From a virus, in the IMG/VR virus record IMGVR_UViG_3300034283_001913, positions 1-64,000 of that record: a stretch of 64,000 nt of DNA. One strand, given 5' to 3'. Each line of letters begins with the position of its first letter. Position 1 is the first letter of the stretch. Positions 19,054 through 27,837 of the stretch are shown here, in pieces. A program made the position numbers and the translations under genes. The notes under the pieces were generated by a model. It made no database searches. It had not been told where the DNA came from and was given only the letters and a program-made list of their open reading frames with translations.

Positions 19054-20070
19054 ATGAGTAACTTTATCATGACAGAGCTCCCTACGCTTTCAGAGCAAGG
19101 GAATGTTTCAATTAAACCGTTCTTTGACCCTAATGTGGATAATCTAGGTTTGCAGAACTATGGCTTATCTCTTTTCGATGGAGTATTCCACGAAGAGCAA
19201 CTTGCTTGCATAGAGCAAAATGGTACAAAAAGGTATATCACCGGTTTGAATCCTTTTGCTCCAGAAGTAAAACTTCTTCCTCAAGAACTTCGTGAGGCTC
19301 GGATTAAAGAGATTAACAAAATAGTTTCACAGCTAGAGGCTGAGCTTAATGCTAATATTCTTGATCCTAACGATCCGGATTTTTGGAATAAGGTAAAGCT
19401 TCTGCGTCCTGATAACTATGAGTTTTGGGAAAAGATCTCAATTCGCTGTGGTAATCAGCCGGTTCCTCTTGATCCGTCGAAAAATCCTTTTGATTTGATC
19501 AAGTTATATGCTGTTGAAGCTGGAGGATTCTCAATTGTAGCAAAGAGCTACGAAGATGCGAGAAGTCGTCCGGTGTCACCAAAGTTCTACCTCGATAAAT
19601 CTATCAACACTATTGCTAGCAAAACAGAGATCAAAAAGCTTAAGAACAAAGCTCTTGTTGAACTTGAAGGTTTATTCCGTTCTAAACAGAATAAGCTTAT
19701 GTATGTAGCAAAAGTTGTAGACGGTAACAGTGTTCAATACAAGAAGTCTACACCTAATGATGTTATCTATGATAACATGGATAAGTTTATCAACGGTGAA
19801 GGTGTAGAAAGCAACATACGTCGTGCAGCTGAAACCTTTATTGATGCTGCCTCTTTAGATATCGAAACTCTTAAGCTTAAAGCTCTTGTGAAAGATTCAA
19901 CTTTCTACAAGTTGATTTCACCTAAAGGTGACGGCATGATTTACCACTTAGCTACAAACAGTATTATGGGCCGTAATCCATCAGAGTGTTTGGAGTTTTT
20001 GAAGAATCCTTTAAATGATAAAATCCTCGAAGATCTTCTTAAGATTGTAGAGGCTAACTGGAAAAAATAA
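19054..20070 (+). CDS. Conserved crAss-like protein downstream of MCP
   Basis: 338 aa; synteny with the capsid module. Confidence 0.7.
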   Translation: MSNFIMTELPTLSEQGNVSIKPFFDPNVDNLGLQNYGLSLFDGVFHEEQLACIEQNGTKRYITGLNPFAPEVKLLPQELREARIKEINKIVSQLEAELNANILDPNDPDFWNKVKLLRPDNYEFWEKISIRCGNQPVPLDPSKNPFDLIKLYAVEAGGFSIVAKSYEDARSRPVSPKFYLDKSINTIASKTEIKKLKNKALVELEGLFRSKQNKLMYVAKVVDGNSVQYKKSTPNDVIYDNMDKFINGEGVESNIRRAAETFIDAASLDIETLKLKALVKDSTFYKLISPKGDGMIYHLATNSIMGRNPSECLEFLKNPLNDKILEDLLKIVEANWKK

Positions 20071-20081
20071 AACATCATACC

Positions 20082-20267
20082 ATGGCTAAAAATCAAGCAG
20101 GCGTTGGAGGGGTAAAGAACCCTAACACCGTATTCACAGAAGTAGTGAAGAATCCTACCCGTTATAAGGGCGGCATGAACACTTGTCCTGAAGTTGTTAA
20201 AAACCCTACTCGTTATACAGGCGGTCTGAATCAGGCAGCTTGTGACGTTCCTAAAAAAGGTAAGTAA
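20082..20267 (+). CDS. Small basic protein with internal repeat
   Basis: EVVKNPTRY[KT]GG[ML]N occurs twice. Confidence 0.7.
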   Translation: MAKNQAGVGGVKNPNTVFTEVVKNPTRYKGGMNTCPEVVKNPTRYTGGLNQAACDVPKKGK

Positions 20268-20446
20268 TGGCAAAGAAATCTAGTAAACCCGGACCTAATA
20301 AGGTAAACATGAAGACTGTAGGTAAAACTACAGCTTTAGTTACAAACTATGGTAAGAACTACAAAGGACCTCAGCCTAATAAGTCTAGAACAGGAAAACC
20401 TGCTCCAGCTTTCAAAAAAGGCGGAACGCTTAAGAAAAAGAAATAA
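20267..20446 (+). CDS. Small Lys-rich protein (59 aa, not in ORF track)
   Basis: Manual translation MAKKSSKPGPNKV...PAFKKGGTLKKKK; TAATG overlap with the previous ORF. Confidence 0.7.
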   Translation: MAKKSSKPGPNKVNMKTVGKTTALVTNYGKNYKGPQPNKSRTGKPAPAFKKGGTLKKKK

Positions 20447-20448
20447 CT

Positions 20449-20577
20449 GTGGCAAAACAACAAACTAAGGTATCTTCATCAAAAACAGTTTTTGGTAAGA
20501 GAAGAGTAGGTAAAGCTAAAAAGCGTAAATCGCCTAAGGATAAACTTACTAAACCTTATATTGGACAAGGAAAGTAA
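20449..20577 (+). CDS. Small Lys/Arg-rich protein (42 aa, GTG start, not in ORF track)
   Basis: MAKQQTKVSSSKTVFGKRRVGKAKKRKSPKDKLTKPYIGQGK fills the gap between neighbours. Confidence 0.6.
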   Translation: MAKQQTKVSSSKTVFGKRRVGKAKKRKSPKDKLTKPYIGQGK

Positions 20578-20581
20578 AACT

Positions 20582-20734
20582 ATGGCAGCCAAAGATAAAA
20601 AGTGGATACAAAAAGCAGTGAATCCTAAACATAAGGGTTACTGCACCCCTATGTCTAAGCCGACATGTACACCAAAAAGAAAGGCTCTTGCCAGAACTTT
20701 TAAAGCAATGGCTAAAGCTAGAAAAGGAAAATAA
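20582..20734 (+). CDS. Small basic protein (50 aa, not in ORF track)
   Basis: MAAKDKKWIQKAVNPKHKGYCTPMSKPTCTPKRKALARTFKAMAKARKGK. Confidence 0.7.
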   Translation: MAAKDKKWIQKAVNPKHKGYCTPMSKPTCTPKRKALARTFKAMAKARKGK

Positions 20735-20736
20735 CC

Positions 20737-20925
20737 ATGGCTAAAACTAAAAGCAAAGTAAACCAAGCAGGAGTCTATACCAAACCAGGTATGAGAAAAT
20801 CTTTGTTCAACAAGATTAAAGCTGGTTCTAAAGGCGGAGATCCCGGCGAATGGTCTGCTCGTAAAGCTCAGTTACTTGCTAAAGAGTACAAGTCAAAAGG
20901 TGGAGGATACAAAACCAAGAAGTAA
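20737..20925 (+). CDS. Small basic protein
   Basis: GEWSARKAQLLAKEYKSKGGGY motif recalled from aquatic phage small proteins. Confidence 0.75.
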   Translation: MAKTKSKVNQAGVYTKPGMRKSLFNKIKAGSKGGDPGEWSARKAQLLAKEYKSKGGGYKTKK

Positions 20926-21191
20926 TGGCAAAGAATCCTCAGCAAAGTCTTAGAGACTGGACAGATCAAAAGTGGATGACTTCTGGCACTTATGCTAATA
21001 AGAAGAAGGGATCATCTAAAGAAGTAAAGTCAAAGGGTAAGAAAAGATATCTTCCCGAATCAGCTTGGTCTTCTTTATCTGCCGGAGAAAAGGCTGCGAC
21101 TAATAAAGCAAAAGCTGAGGGTAATAGAAAAGGTAAACAGTTTGTTTCCCAACCAAAAAATATAAAGCAAAAAACTAAAAAACACAGATAA
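20925..21191 (+). CDS. Small basic protein
   Basis: QSLRDWTDQKW...RYLPESAW..LS..EKAATNKAK...KQFVSQP; coupled overlaps at both ends. Confidence 0.75.
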   Translation: MAKNPQQSLRDWTDQKWMTSGTYANKKKGSSKEVKSKGKKRYLPESAWSSLSAGEKAATNKAKAEGNRKGKQFVSQPKNIKQKTKKHR

Positions 21192-21349
21192 TGGCAAAGA
21201 ACGCAAAACAACAAGCGGCAATAGCGATGTCTATGAAAGCTGTAGGTAAGAAGCCTAAGATGGCTAAAGGTGGTGCAGCAGGCACTGCTCTTAAGAATGC
21301 CTTGATTAAGGCAGGTTATAAAAAAGGCGGATCTACTAAGAAAAAGTAA
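21191..21349 (+). CDS. Small Lys/Ala-rich protein (52 aa, not in ORF track)
   Basis: MAKNAKQQAAIAMSMKAVGKKPKMAKGG...YKKGGSTKKK; TAATG overlaps at both ends. Confidence 0.7.
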   Translation: MAKNAKQQAAIAMSMKAVGKKPKMAKGGAAGTALKNALIKAGYKKGGSTKKK

Positions 21350-21603
21350 TGGCAAAGTCACCAGCTTGGCAGCGCAAAGAAGGCAAGTCTCCTAGTGGAG
21401 GACTCAATGCTAAAGGTAGAGCTTCTTATAACAGAGCTAACCCTGGTAAACCTGGGCTTAAAGCTCCACAACCTGAAGGTGGTTCTAGAAAGAAATCTTT
21501 CTGTGCCCGAATGTCAGGTATGAAGAAGAAGCTTACTAGCAGTAAGACAGCTAATGATCCCAATAGCCGGATCAATAAAGCGCTGCGTAAATGGAAATGT
21601 TAA
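21349..21603 (+). CDS. Small basic protein
   Basis: MAKSPAWQRKEGK..GGLNAKGRASYN...RKKSFCARM...DPNSRINKALRKWKC, a motif recalled from many phages. Confidence 0.8.
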   Translation: MAKSPAWQRKEGKSPSGGLNAKGRASYNRANPGKPGLKAPQPEGGSRKKSFCARMSGMKKKLTSSKTANDPNSRINKALRKWKC

Positions 21604-21622
21604 CCTTTAAATACTATAAACA

Positions 21623-21859
21623 ATGAAAAAAGTAACACCAAAAGCAAAAACCGGAAAGATGGTAAACCCTAATCCTACAGCTAAAGCGTCTCCTATGAAA
21701 AGCGGAGGAAAGGTTATGGCTAAAACAGGAAGAACTATTACTAAAGATCAGCCTCTGAATGCTCAAAATTCAGGTATGGCTAAGTACGGTAAGTCTATGA
21801 CTAAAGCTATGTACGGCAAGTCTATGATGAAAAAGGGTGGTGCCAAAAAAGGCAAGTAA
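21623..21859 (+). CDS. Small Lys/Met-rich protein with xxKxG repeats
   Basis: Contains KAKTG, MKSGG, MAKTG, MAKYG, KAMYG and MKKGG. Confidence 0.7.
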   Translation: MKKVTPKAKTGKMVNPNPTAKASPMKSGGKVMAKTGRTITKDQPLNAQNSGMAKYGKSMTKAMYGKSMMKKGGAKKGK

Positions 21860-21867
21860 TCTAAGAG

Positions 21868-22572
21868 ATGGATAATAATACCATATATCTAAAGATTAAG
21901 CAACGTCTTAACAAACTTGCTAGCAACGACTATGATAACATAGAGTGCTGGCAAGTTGTTGAGGCTTTTAATAAGGGCCAGGTAGAATGGTGCCGTAGAA
22001 ACCTTCATGGCACAAATCTTAAGCAAGAAGGGGATGAGCAATCTAAACGCCGGATAGATGATTTGCAGAAGCTGCTTATTAGCGTTCCTGTAGTATTATC
22101 AGATGCCCAGCTTTATTTCGAAACCCCCGATATTCCTGCTGATTATTTAGAGTGGAAAAGAATCTCGGCTTATGCCAAAAATGATTGTTGCCCTAAAGGC
22201 CGGCGGATGGTTATTTACCTCGCTGAAGAAGGCAACGTAGATGAATTACTCCGAGATAAAAACAAACAACCTAGTTTTGAGTGGGCAGAAACTTTCTGTA
22301 CTATTATCAACAACCGGGTGCGTATTTATACCAATAATAAATTTTCGGTAGAAGATGTAGAACTTTCATATTACCGTCAACCGGTAAGAATCCAAATAGC
22401 TAACTGTGTGGACCCGTATACACAGCAAGTAAGCCTTGTCAATGTAGAATGTGAGTTTAAAGATGATCTTGTAGAGGTGCTCATTGATGAAGCGGTAAAA
22501 ATCATAGCGGGAGATATTGAGTCAATAAATCAGATGCAGCGTGCTTCGCAGTCTGTAGAACAGAATAACTAA
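21868..22572 (+). CDS. Putative head-tail ring/adaptor protein
   Basis: 234 aa with YYRQP...CEF...LVEVLIDEAVKI C-terminal pattern of crAss-like ring proteins. Confidence 0.6.
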   Translation: MDNNTIYLKIKQRLNKLASNDYDNIECWQVVEAFNKGQVEWCRRNLHGTNLKQEGDEQSKRRIDDLQKLLISVPVVLSDAQLYFETPDIPADYLEWKRISAYAKNDCCPKGRRMVIYLAEEGNVDELLRDKNKQPSFEWAETFCTIINNRVRIYTNNKFSVEDVELSYYRQPVRIQIANCVDPYTQQVSLVNVECEFKDDLVEVLIDEAVKIIAGDIESINQMQRASQSVEQNN

Positions 22573-22574
22573 CA

Positions 22575-23165
22575 ATGGAAAAGCCCGGAAATATCCTAAA
22601 GCGTAGTCTAAAGACAGATAGTCCTGCCGCTCAACAGACTATACAAAAAAAACCTTCTGTTAAAAAACATAATCCTCTTATCAGTGATCACTGTATAGAG
22701 TATTTGAATTACAGGATTGAACAAGAAGAATATTCTGGCAGAATATATCTTGCTATGTCTATGTGGTTGAATGATAATGGATATCTCAATGCGGCTAAGC
22801 TATGGAAGAAGTATTCTGATGAAGAAATGCTTCATGCTAACGATGCTAGAGAATATCTTTTAGCTATGGGCGTACAGCCTCTGACTCCTAAGTTAGATGC
22901 TCCTAATCAGTCTTTTACAGGACTTCCTGATATTATCCAGAGATCTTATGAACATGAGATCGAGGTTACTACTCAGATTAAAGACTTATCGACAGAAGCT
23001 CTTAAAAAAGGTGATCATATGCTTTATCAGTTAGGTTTGGCTTACTTAAAAGAACAAGTAGAAGAGCATGGAAAGATGCAAGATCTCATGGATCAGATTG
23101 AATCTTTTGGTACAGATAAGATAGCTATGCGTCTTTTTGACCACGAGCTGAAAGATTACCTCTAA
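22575..23165 (+). CDS. Ferritin (non-heme, FtnA-like)
   Basis: Ferroxidase-type motifs EQEEYS..IYLAMS.W, DEEMLHA, YEHEIEVT and EQVEE. Confidence 0.88.
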   Translation: MEKPGNILKRSLKTDSPAAQQTIQKKPSVKKHNPLISDHCIEYLNYRIEQEEYSGRIYLAMSMWLNDNGYLNAAKLWKKYSDEEMLHANDAREYLLAMGVQPLTPKLDAPNQSFTGLPDIIQRSYEHEIEVTTQIKDLSTEALKKGDHMLYQLGLAYLKEQVEEHGKMQDLMDQIESFGTDKIAMRLFDHELKDYL

Positions 23166-23181
23166 AAAATATTTATATTAG

Positions 23182-23215
23182 TTTGCAAAATCTGATATAA
23201 AATCTTATATTATAG
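23182..23215 (+). promoter_or_regulatory. Putative phage promoter TTTG-N20-TATATTATAG
   Basis: Intergenic copy of the recurrent motif. Confidence 0.65.
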
Positions 23216-23251
23216 TGTTAATATTGTTTATCAACCTAAAATCAAACAAAA

Positions 23252-24856
23252 ATGGCTTATTTTAACCACGCCTTTACCAAGATGTTCTTAGGAACTCAGG
23301 TAACCGGATCAGGGGCCGGTCAAAACCCTAACACAAATCTTAGTGATGGTTTTATTATTACTTCTGGTATTCCAACCTCTGCGTTGGCTAATACTACAGG
23401 TACAGTAAACAGTATCTATGGACCAGGGTCTTATGGATTCTTTGACGCAACTACTTATTTATCTGTTACAGAATCAGATATTACAGGATGTTGCCCATTG
23501 ATTCTTGCGTCTGCTTCTCTTTTGTCTAAAGACAAAATCGGACCTTTCCACGGTGGATACAAAGAATCTAACAAGTCTAAGGTTATCAATCCTCGTTATG
23601 TAACTAAAGCTTACGTAGTAGAGGAGTGTGCTCCTCAGCAGTCTATTACTTCTATTGGTAATACTGCTTACACTAGCACTTTGGTTACAGCTATGTCTGT
23701 AACAATTACTGACGGCGGCACCGGATATACTCCAGGTACTTATACAAACGTTCCTTTTACCACATCAGGATCAGGTGTAGGTGTTTTGGCAACAGTTGTT
23801 GTTTCCGCTGGTGGAGTAATCACTAGTGTAGTAATTACTAACTTCGGTTACGGATATGTGTCAACAGACACAATTACTCCAAATGATACAGCTTATCCAG
23901 CTATCGGTACTCCAACTGATGATGCAATTATTACTCTTACAGTAACAGGTGCTCCTGCAAACTGCTGCTATGAGTTCCTTTGCGGAGAAACTTACTACTT
24001 GCGTATCGATCTTAAAGGGTCTCCGGTTTTGCGTTATCTTAACCACAATGCTTATCAGACTCTTTCAGCTTACACTGGATGCTGCTCTGGTCCAACTCCA
24101 ACTGCAGTAGATTCTACTTTGGTTATGATTGAGTGGGGTAAAGCATTAGTTATTAACCAGTATCTTACACCTTTTGTTCTTCCAGTTGTATTTGATGAAT
24201 CAGGTGTAGCTTGGTTCCCTCCAGGAACTACTGTAGATCCTACAACAGGAGCTCCGGTAACTTCGGCTCAGTGGTGGGATGCTTATGTATCTCCAGGTCA
24301 CACTCCAGGTGAGTGCGCAGGTTTGCGTTTATTTGGTGCTTATGTAGAGACTAAGTTTGGTAACTGTTCTTTCCAGCTTACTGACTTCTTCGAAAAAGAG
24401 CCTGTGTTGATTTACGCTTCTCTTGTTGATTATAACGGAGATCCTTGCGTATTCGAAAGCATCTGCGTTTATCGCGAGTGTACAGGTCTTCAAGGAATGG
24501 GCTTTGGTGAGCAAGTTGTTCGTGATTTGATTCTTGCTGAATCTTATCTGCAGAACTTCTTCCACACTGATATCCGTATTCGTGAAATCACTCAAGGTGA
24601 TCAGATTTTGAATAGTGTAAACCGTAACGCATTATATACTCGTTACTACCTCTTGCACAGTGTTCCTCGTCTGAACAATCCTACCGGTGTATTTGATAAC
24701 GATCAGTACATGTTGGAAATTATTTCTACAGGTCGTAACACTGATTTGGAAGACTTCTTGAATACTTGGTTAGAAGCTTGCGCAGGTTGTGTACCATTTG
24801 AAGTAAACTCTTGTGTACCTTGCGTAGTTGTTCCTAACTTCGAACCAGTAGGTTAA
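23252..24856 (+). CDS. Putative abundant virion protein (auxiliary capsid-type)
   Basis: 534 aa with biased codons, its own promoter motif and terminator; Cys-rich; crAss-like position. Confidence 0.6.
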   Translation: MAYFNHAFTKMFLGTQVTGSGAGQNPNTNLSDGFIITSGIPTSALANTTGTVNSIYGPGSYGFFDATTYLSVTESDITGCCPLILASASLLSKDKIGPFHGGYKESNKSKVINPRYVTKAYVVEECAPQQSITSIGNTAYTSTLVTAMSVTITDGGTGYTPGTYTNVPFTTSGSGVGVLATVVVSAGGVITSVVITNFGYGYVSTDTITPNDTAYPAIGTPTDDAIITLTVTGAPANCCYEFLCGETYYLRIDLKGSPVLRYLNHNAYQTLSAYTGCCSGPTPTAVDSTLVMIEWGKALVINQYLTPFVLPVVFDESGVAWFPPGTTVDPTTGAPVTSAQWWDAYVSPGHTPGECAGLRLFGAYVETKFGNCSFQLTDFFEKEPVLIYASLVDYNGDPCVFESICVYRECTGLQGMGFGEQVVRDLILAESYLQNFFHTDIRIREITQGDQILNSVNRNALYTRYYLLHSVPRLNNPTGVFDNDQYMLEIISTGRNTDLEDFLNTWLEACAGCVPFEVNSCVPCVVVPNFEPVG

Positions 24857-24895
24857 TATTTTCTTGTAATCTGGGAGAGTGAACTCTCTCCGTAT

Positions 24896-24926
24896 ATAGG
24901 GGGAGAGTTCATCTCCCCCTATTTTT
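24896..24926 (+). terminator. Rho-independent terminator
   Basis: ATAGGGGGAGA-gttca-TCTCCCCCTAT perfect 11-bp stem followed by TTTT. Confidence 0.85.
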
Positions 24927-24935
24927 ATTATAGCT

Positions 24936-25487
24936 ATGGCCCAACACGTTCTTAGTCTAGAAGCTCCAGATACGATGAATAAAACTATTCTTCGTATTGT
25001 TGATACAAGTGTTTATAATACCCAGATTCCTGTAACCTGCCCTTTATTGCAAGTAACGCTTCCTGGTTTTGATAGACCTGTAAATTTTGACAGTTCTTTT
25101 ATACAACCCGGTTTTATCTTAAATTTGACAGCTTGTGATTTAGAAATCCAGACGGCCGGTTGTGGTACAACCTATAATAATCTTGCAGATGGGATTTACA
25201 TTATTAAGTATAGCGTATCTCCTAATGACCAAGTTTATGTAGAGTATAACCATCTTCGTATGACTACAGCGTTGTGGAAGTATTACAACTTGATGTGTGA
25301 TCTAGACTTGGGCGCTTGCGATCCTCCGGAAAAAGTAAAGGACAAGCTTAATAAGCTTCGTCTTATCCGGATGTATTTGGATGCTGCAAAATCTCTTGTA
25401 GAGTTTTGCCATCAGCCTGATAAAGGAATGCAGATCTTTAATTACGCCGTGCGTCAGCTGGACAAAATGGATTGCAAGTCTTGTTAG
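24936..25487 (+). CDS. Putative tail/fibre-docking structural protein
   Basis: 183 aa with LADGIYIIKYSVSP motif and helical C-terminus. Confidence 0.55.
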   Translation: MAQHVLSLEAPDTMNKTILRIVDTSVYNTQIPVTCPLLQVTLPGFDRPVNFDSSFIQPGFILNLTACDLEIQTAGCGTTYNNLADGIYIIKYSVSPNDQVYVEYNHLRMTTALWKYYNLMCDLDLGACDPPEKVKDKLNKLRLIRMYLDAAKSLVEFCHQPDKGMQIFNYAVRQLDKMDCKSC

Positions 25488-25497
25488 TGTAACCAAC
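25483..25497 (+). promoter_or_regulatory. Bipartite motif GTTAGT..AACCAAC (candidate antisense target 4, one G-U pair)
   Basis: Ends 14 nt before ATG 25512; the C-to-T change remains pairable with G. Confidence 0.4.
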
Positions 25498-25511
25498 AAA
25501 ACCTATATACC

Positions 25512-25700
25512 ATGACTTGTTCAAATTGCGGTGCTAAATTATCTTGTGGCTGTCAAAAAAGAGTAGCTTCTAATGGAGCTAATGTGTGTTCTACTTGTCA
25601 AATTTCTTATGAAGCTATGCTTAAAACACCGTCAGCCCCATCTAGTCCAAATGCTCCTTCCAATATAAATATCAAGTATAATCCTCCTGGTAGACGTTAA
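25512..25700 (+). CDS. Small Cys-rich protein
   Basis: CSNCGAKLSCGCQ...CSTC. Confidence 0.65.
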   Translation: MTCSNCGAKLSCGCQKRVASNGANVCSTCQISYEAMLKTPSAPSSPNAPSNINIKYNPPGRR

Positions 25701-27785
25701 ATGCAAACCTCAAAGACATATTGGGTCGGTGCATCCGGCACTGCTTATCGCTTAGATAACTTTACTCTTCCTTGGATTAATGTTTCTGTAGCTAATACTT
25801 TTCCAGATGCTGCAAAGCTTCCTCTCTACGATGTAGAGACAGATCCTATCGATTCTAATAAAGTCTTTGCTGTGGGTATGGGTAATCCCTCAGATTCAAT
25901 CTTTGGGATATACGTATCTACTGATGGAGGAGTCACCTGGTATGTCCCCGGGGGAAACTACCAAACAAATCAGTTTAGTTCTACACAGATTACCTGGTAT
26001 GAGGTCCATGTTCAGGATTCTCAAAATATCATGGTATCTGGTCAGAACGGTTATATTGCTGTAAGTACAGATGGAGGTTTAACTTTCAATCTAAGTACTC
26101 AGATGCCTCTTTTACCAGAAGGAGGTTTAGCACCAGATTACCCTACTTGTTATAGTTTACATTTTATCAGCCCTTTGATCGGGGTAGTAGGTACTCGTAG
26201 ACATGTGCTTATTACATATGATGCCGGTGTTACTTGGCTCATTCTTAATTTAGGTAATCCTATTACAAGTACTTTAGGCCAGTTTGCTCTTGAGATTCGA
26301 GGTATACATTTATCTGCAGATCAACAGACTGTTGTAGCTCTTTCTAGTAATTACATATTTACTTCTACTGACGCTGGAAATACTTTTGTAGATACAGAAT
26401 CTTTCCTTGGAGAGAACGGTTTACACCTTACTTGGACAACCGATTCTATTCTTTGGGGATTTGGAGCTAGAGATATGGTATTCCAGACTCTAGATGGTGG
26501 TTCTACTTGGAGTGTTATCCAACCTTATTTTGCACAAGGGCTGCCTCATTATGCCGGTCATTTCTATACGAACACCGAAGGGTTTTTTAGTGAGAACAAT
26601 GAGCTATTCTCTACTTCGAATGCTGCTTTAACAGGAACATCTTCTTGGTCTGGAAACATTCGTATAAATGCTGTTTGGACAGTAAGAGAACCTGTTGTAT
26701 GCTTTCTTCTTGAAGACTGCGAAGACAAGTTGCCTGATATTATAACAGATACAGATCTTTCTTCTTATCTGGGTCAAGTAATAAAAATTAAAGGTTACAC
26801 AGCTTGTTGGACTGTATCTGAGACTCAAAACTGTGATACAGTTGTACCGGTAACAGTATCTGGTACACCATATCAAGACTGTACAGCTTGTTTATCTGTA
26901 CCTTGTTATTTACTTACAGATTGTAGTAATCCTCAAAATACTATAGAAGTTACTAATCCAGAGTTTGCTGGGTATATAAATCAAGTTGTACAAATCTGTT
27001 CTGAAGCCGGATGCTTTTGTTATACAATAACAGATAACGGAACATGTTTACCTAACATTCTCTTATACACTTCTATTACGTGCTTTGAAGATTGTCAAAG
27101 TTGTTTACCTCCGCCTATTCCTCCAGTTGAACTTATTAAGCGTACGGTAAAACCTGGATACAATACACCAGGATGCCCACCGGCTTATACAGAAAAGATC
27201 AACTGTACATTTGGAGAACAGGTTTGGGATGAAGTAGTAGCTGTAAGATATGGCGTAAAGATTTGCTGTGATCACGATGTGGATAAGTGGGATATTAAAA
27301 AACAAATACTCGATTTGAAAGCTATTTATGACCCTGCTTTAGATATACCACCTACACCTAGTTGTAAATGTTATATCATAAATCAGTATGCTGGATCAGC
27401 TACATATAAGTTTATTAACTGTGGTGGAGCACTTACTGAAATTGTAAGCGCGCCTAATACTACCTATAATATCTGTGCTCAAGACTTTCCAAAAGTTTAT
27501 TGTTTATCTGAAGGAGGTTCTTTTGAGATAACTAAACAAGATACTTCTTGTACAGATGATTTAGGTTGTATACCTATTCCTTGTTATTGTTACAGCACAA
27601 TTAATACAACTAGAAATCCAATAGATGTTACATATATAGATTGTGCTACAAAAACACAAGTTACTGTATCATTACCTAATGGAGAAGGCTTATACATCTG
27701 TGCTCAAGAAGGTAGTGTTATTGGTGGTATAGTATCTCCCCCTGGAGAATCTTGTAATACATCTGAAGAATGTCAACCCATCTAA
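25701..27785 (+). CDS. Virion protein with BNR/Asp-box beta-propeller and Cys-rich repeats
   Basis: Asp-boxes STDGGVTW, STDGGLTF, TYDAGVTW, STDAGNTF and TLDGGSTW, followed by C[FY]LL.DC repeats. Confidence 0.75.
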   Translation: MQTSKTYWVGASGTAYRLDNFTLPWINVSVANTFPDAAKLPLYDVETDPIDSNKVFAVGMGNPSDSIFGIYVSTDGGVTWYVPGGNYQTNQFSSTQITWYEVHVQDSQNIMVSGQNGYIAVSTDGGLTFNLSTQMPLLPEGGLAPDYPTCYSLHFISPLIGVVGTRRHVLITYDAGVTWLILNLGNPITSTLGQFALEIRGIHLSADQQTVVALSSNYIFTSTDAGNTFVDTESFLGENGLHLTWTTDSILWGFGARDMVFQTLDGGSTWSVIQPYFAQGLPHYAGHFYTNTEGFFSENNELFSTSNAALTGTSSWSGNIRINAVWTVREPVVCFLLEDCEDKLPDIITDTDLSSYLGQVIKIKGYTACWTVSETQNCDTVVPVTVSGTPYQDCTACLSVPCYLLTDCSNPQNTIEVTNPEFAGYINQVVQICSEAGCFCYTITDNGTCLPNILLYTSITCFEDCQSCLPPPIPPVELIKRTVKPGYNTPGCPPAYTEKINCTFGEQVWDEVVAVRYGVKICCDHDVDKWDIKKQILDLKAIYDPALDIPPTPSCKCYIINQYAGSATYKFINCGGALTEIVSAPNTTYNICAQDFPKVYCLSEGGSFEITKQDTSCTDDLGCIPIPCYCYSTINTTRNPIDVTYIDCATKTQVTVSLPNGEGLYICAQEGSVIGGIVSPPGESCNTSEECQPI

Positions 27786-27822
27786 TTTGTAAAAGAGCTA
27801 ATAATTCCCTATATTATAGGGA
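27786..27822 (+). promoter_or_regulatory. Putative phage promoter TTTG-N20-TATATTATAG
   Basis: Intergenic copy; the proximal box lies in a perfect TCCCTATA-t-TATAGGGA inverted repeat. Confidence 0.65.
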
Positions 27823-27837
27823 GAATAAAAGATAAAA

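Noticed and set aside
23681-23718. Second antisense copy (TTGGTT...ACTGACGGCGG)
   Set aside because: It lies inside a coding region (ITDGG), has a much longer spacer and lacks a terminator; probably chance.
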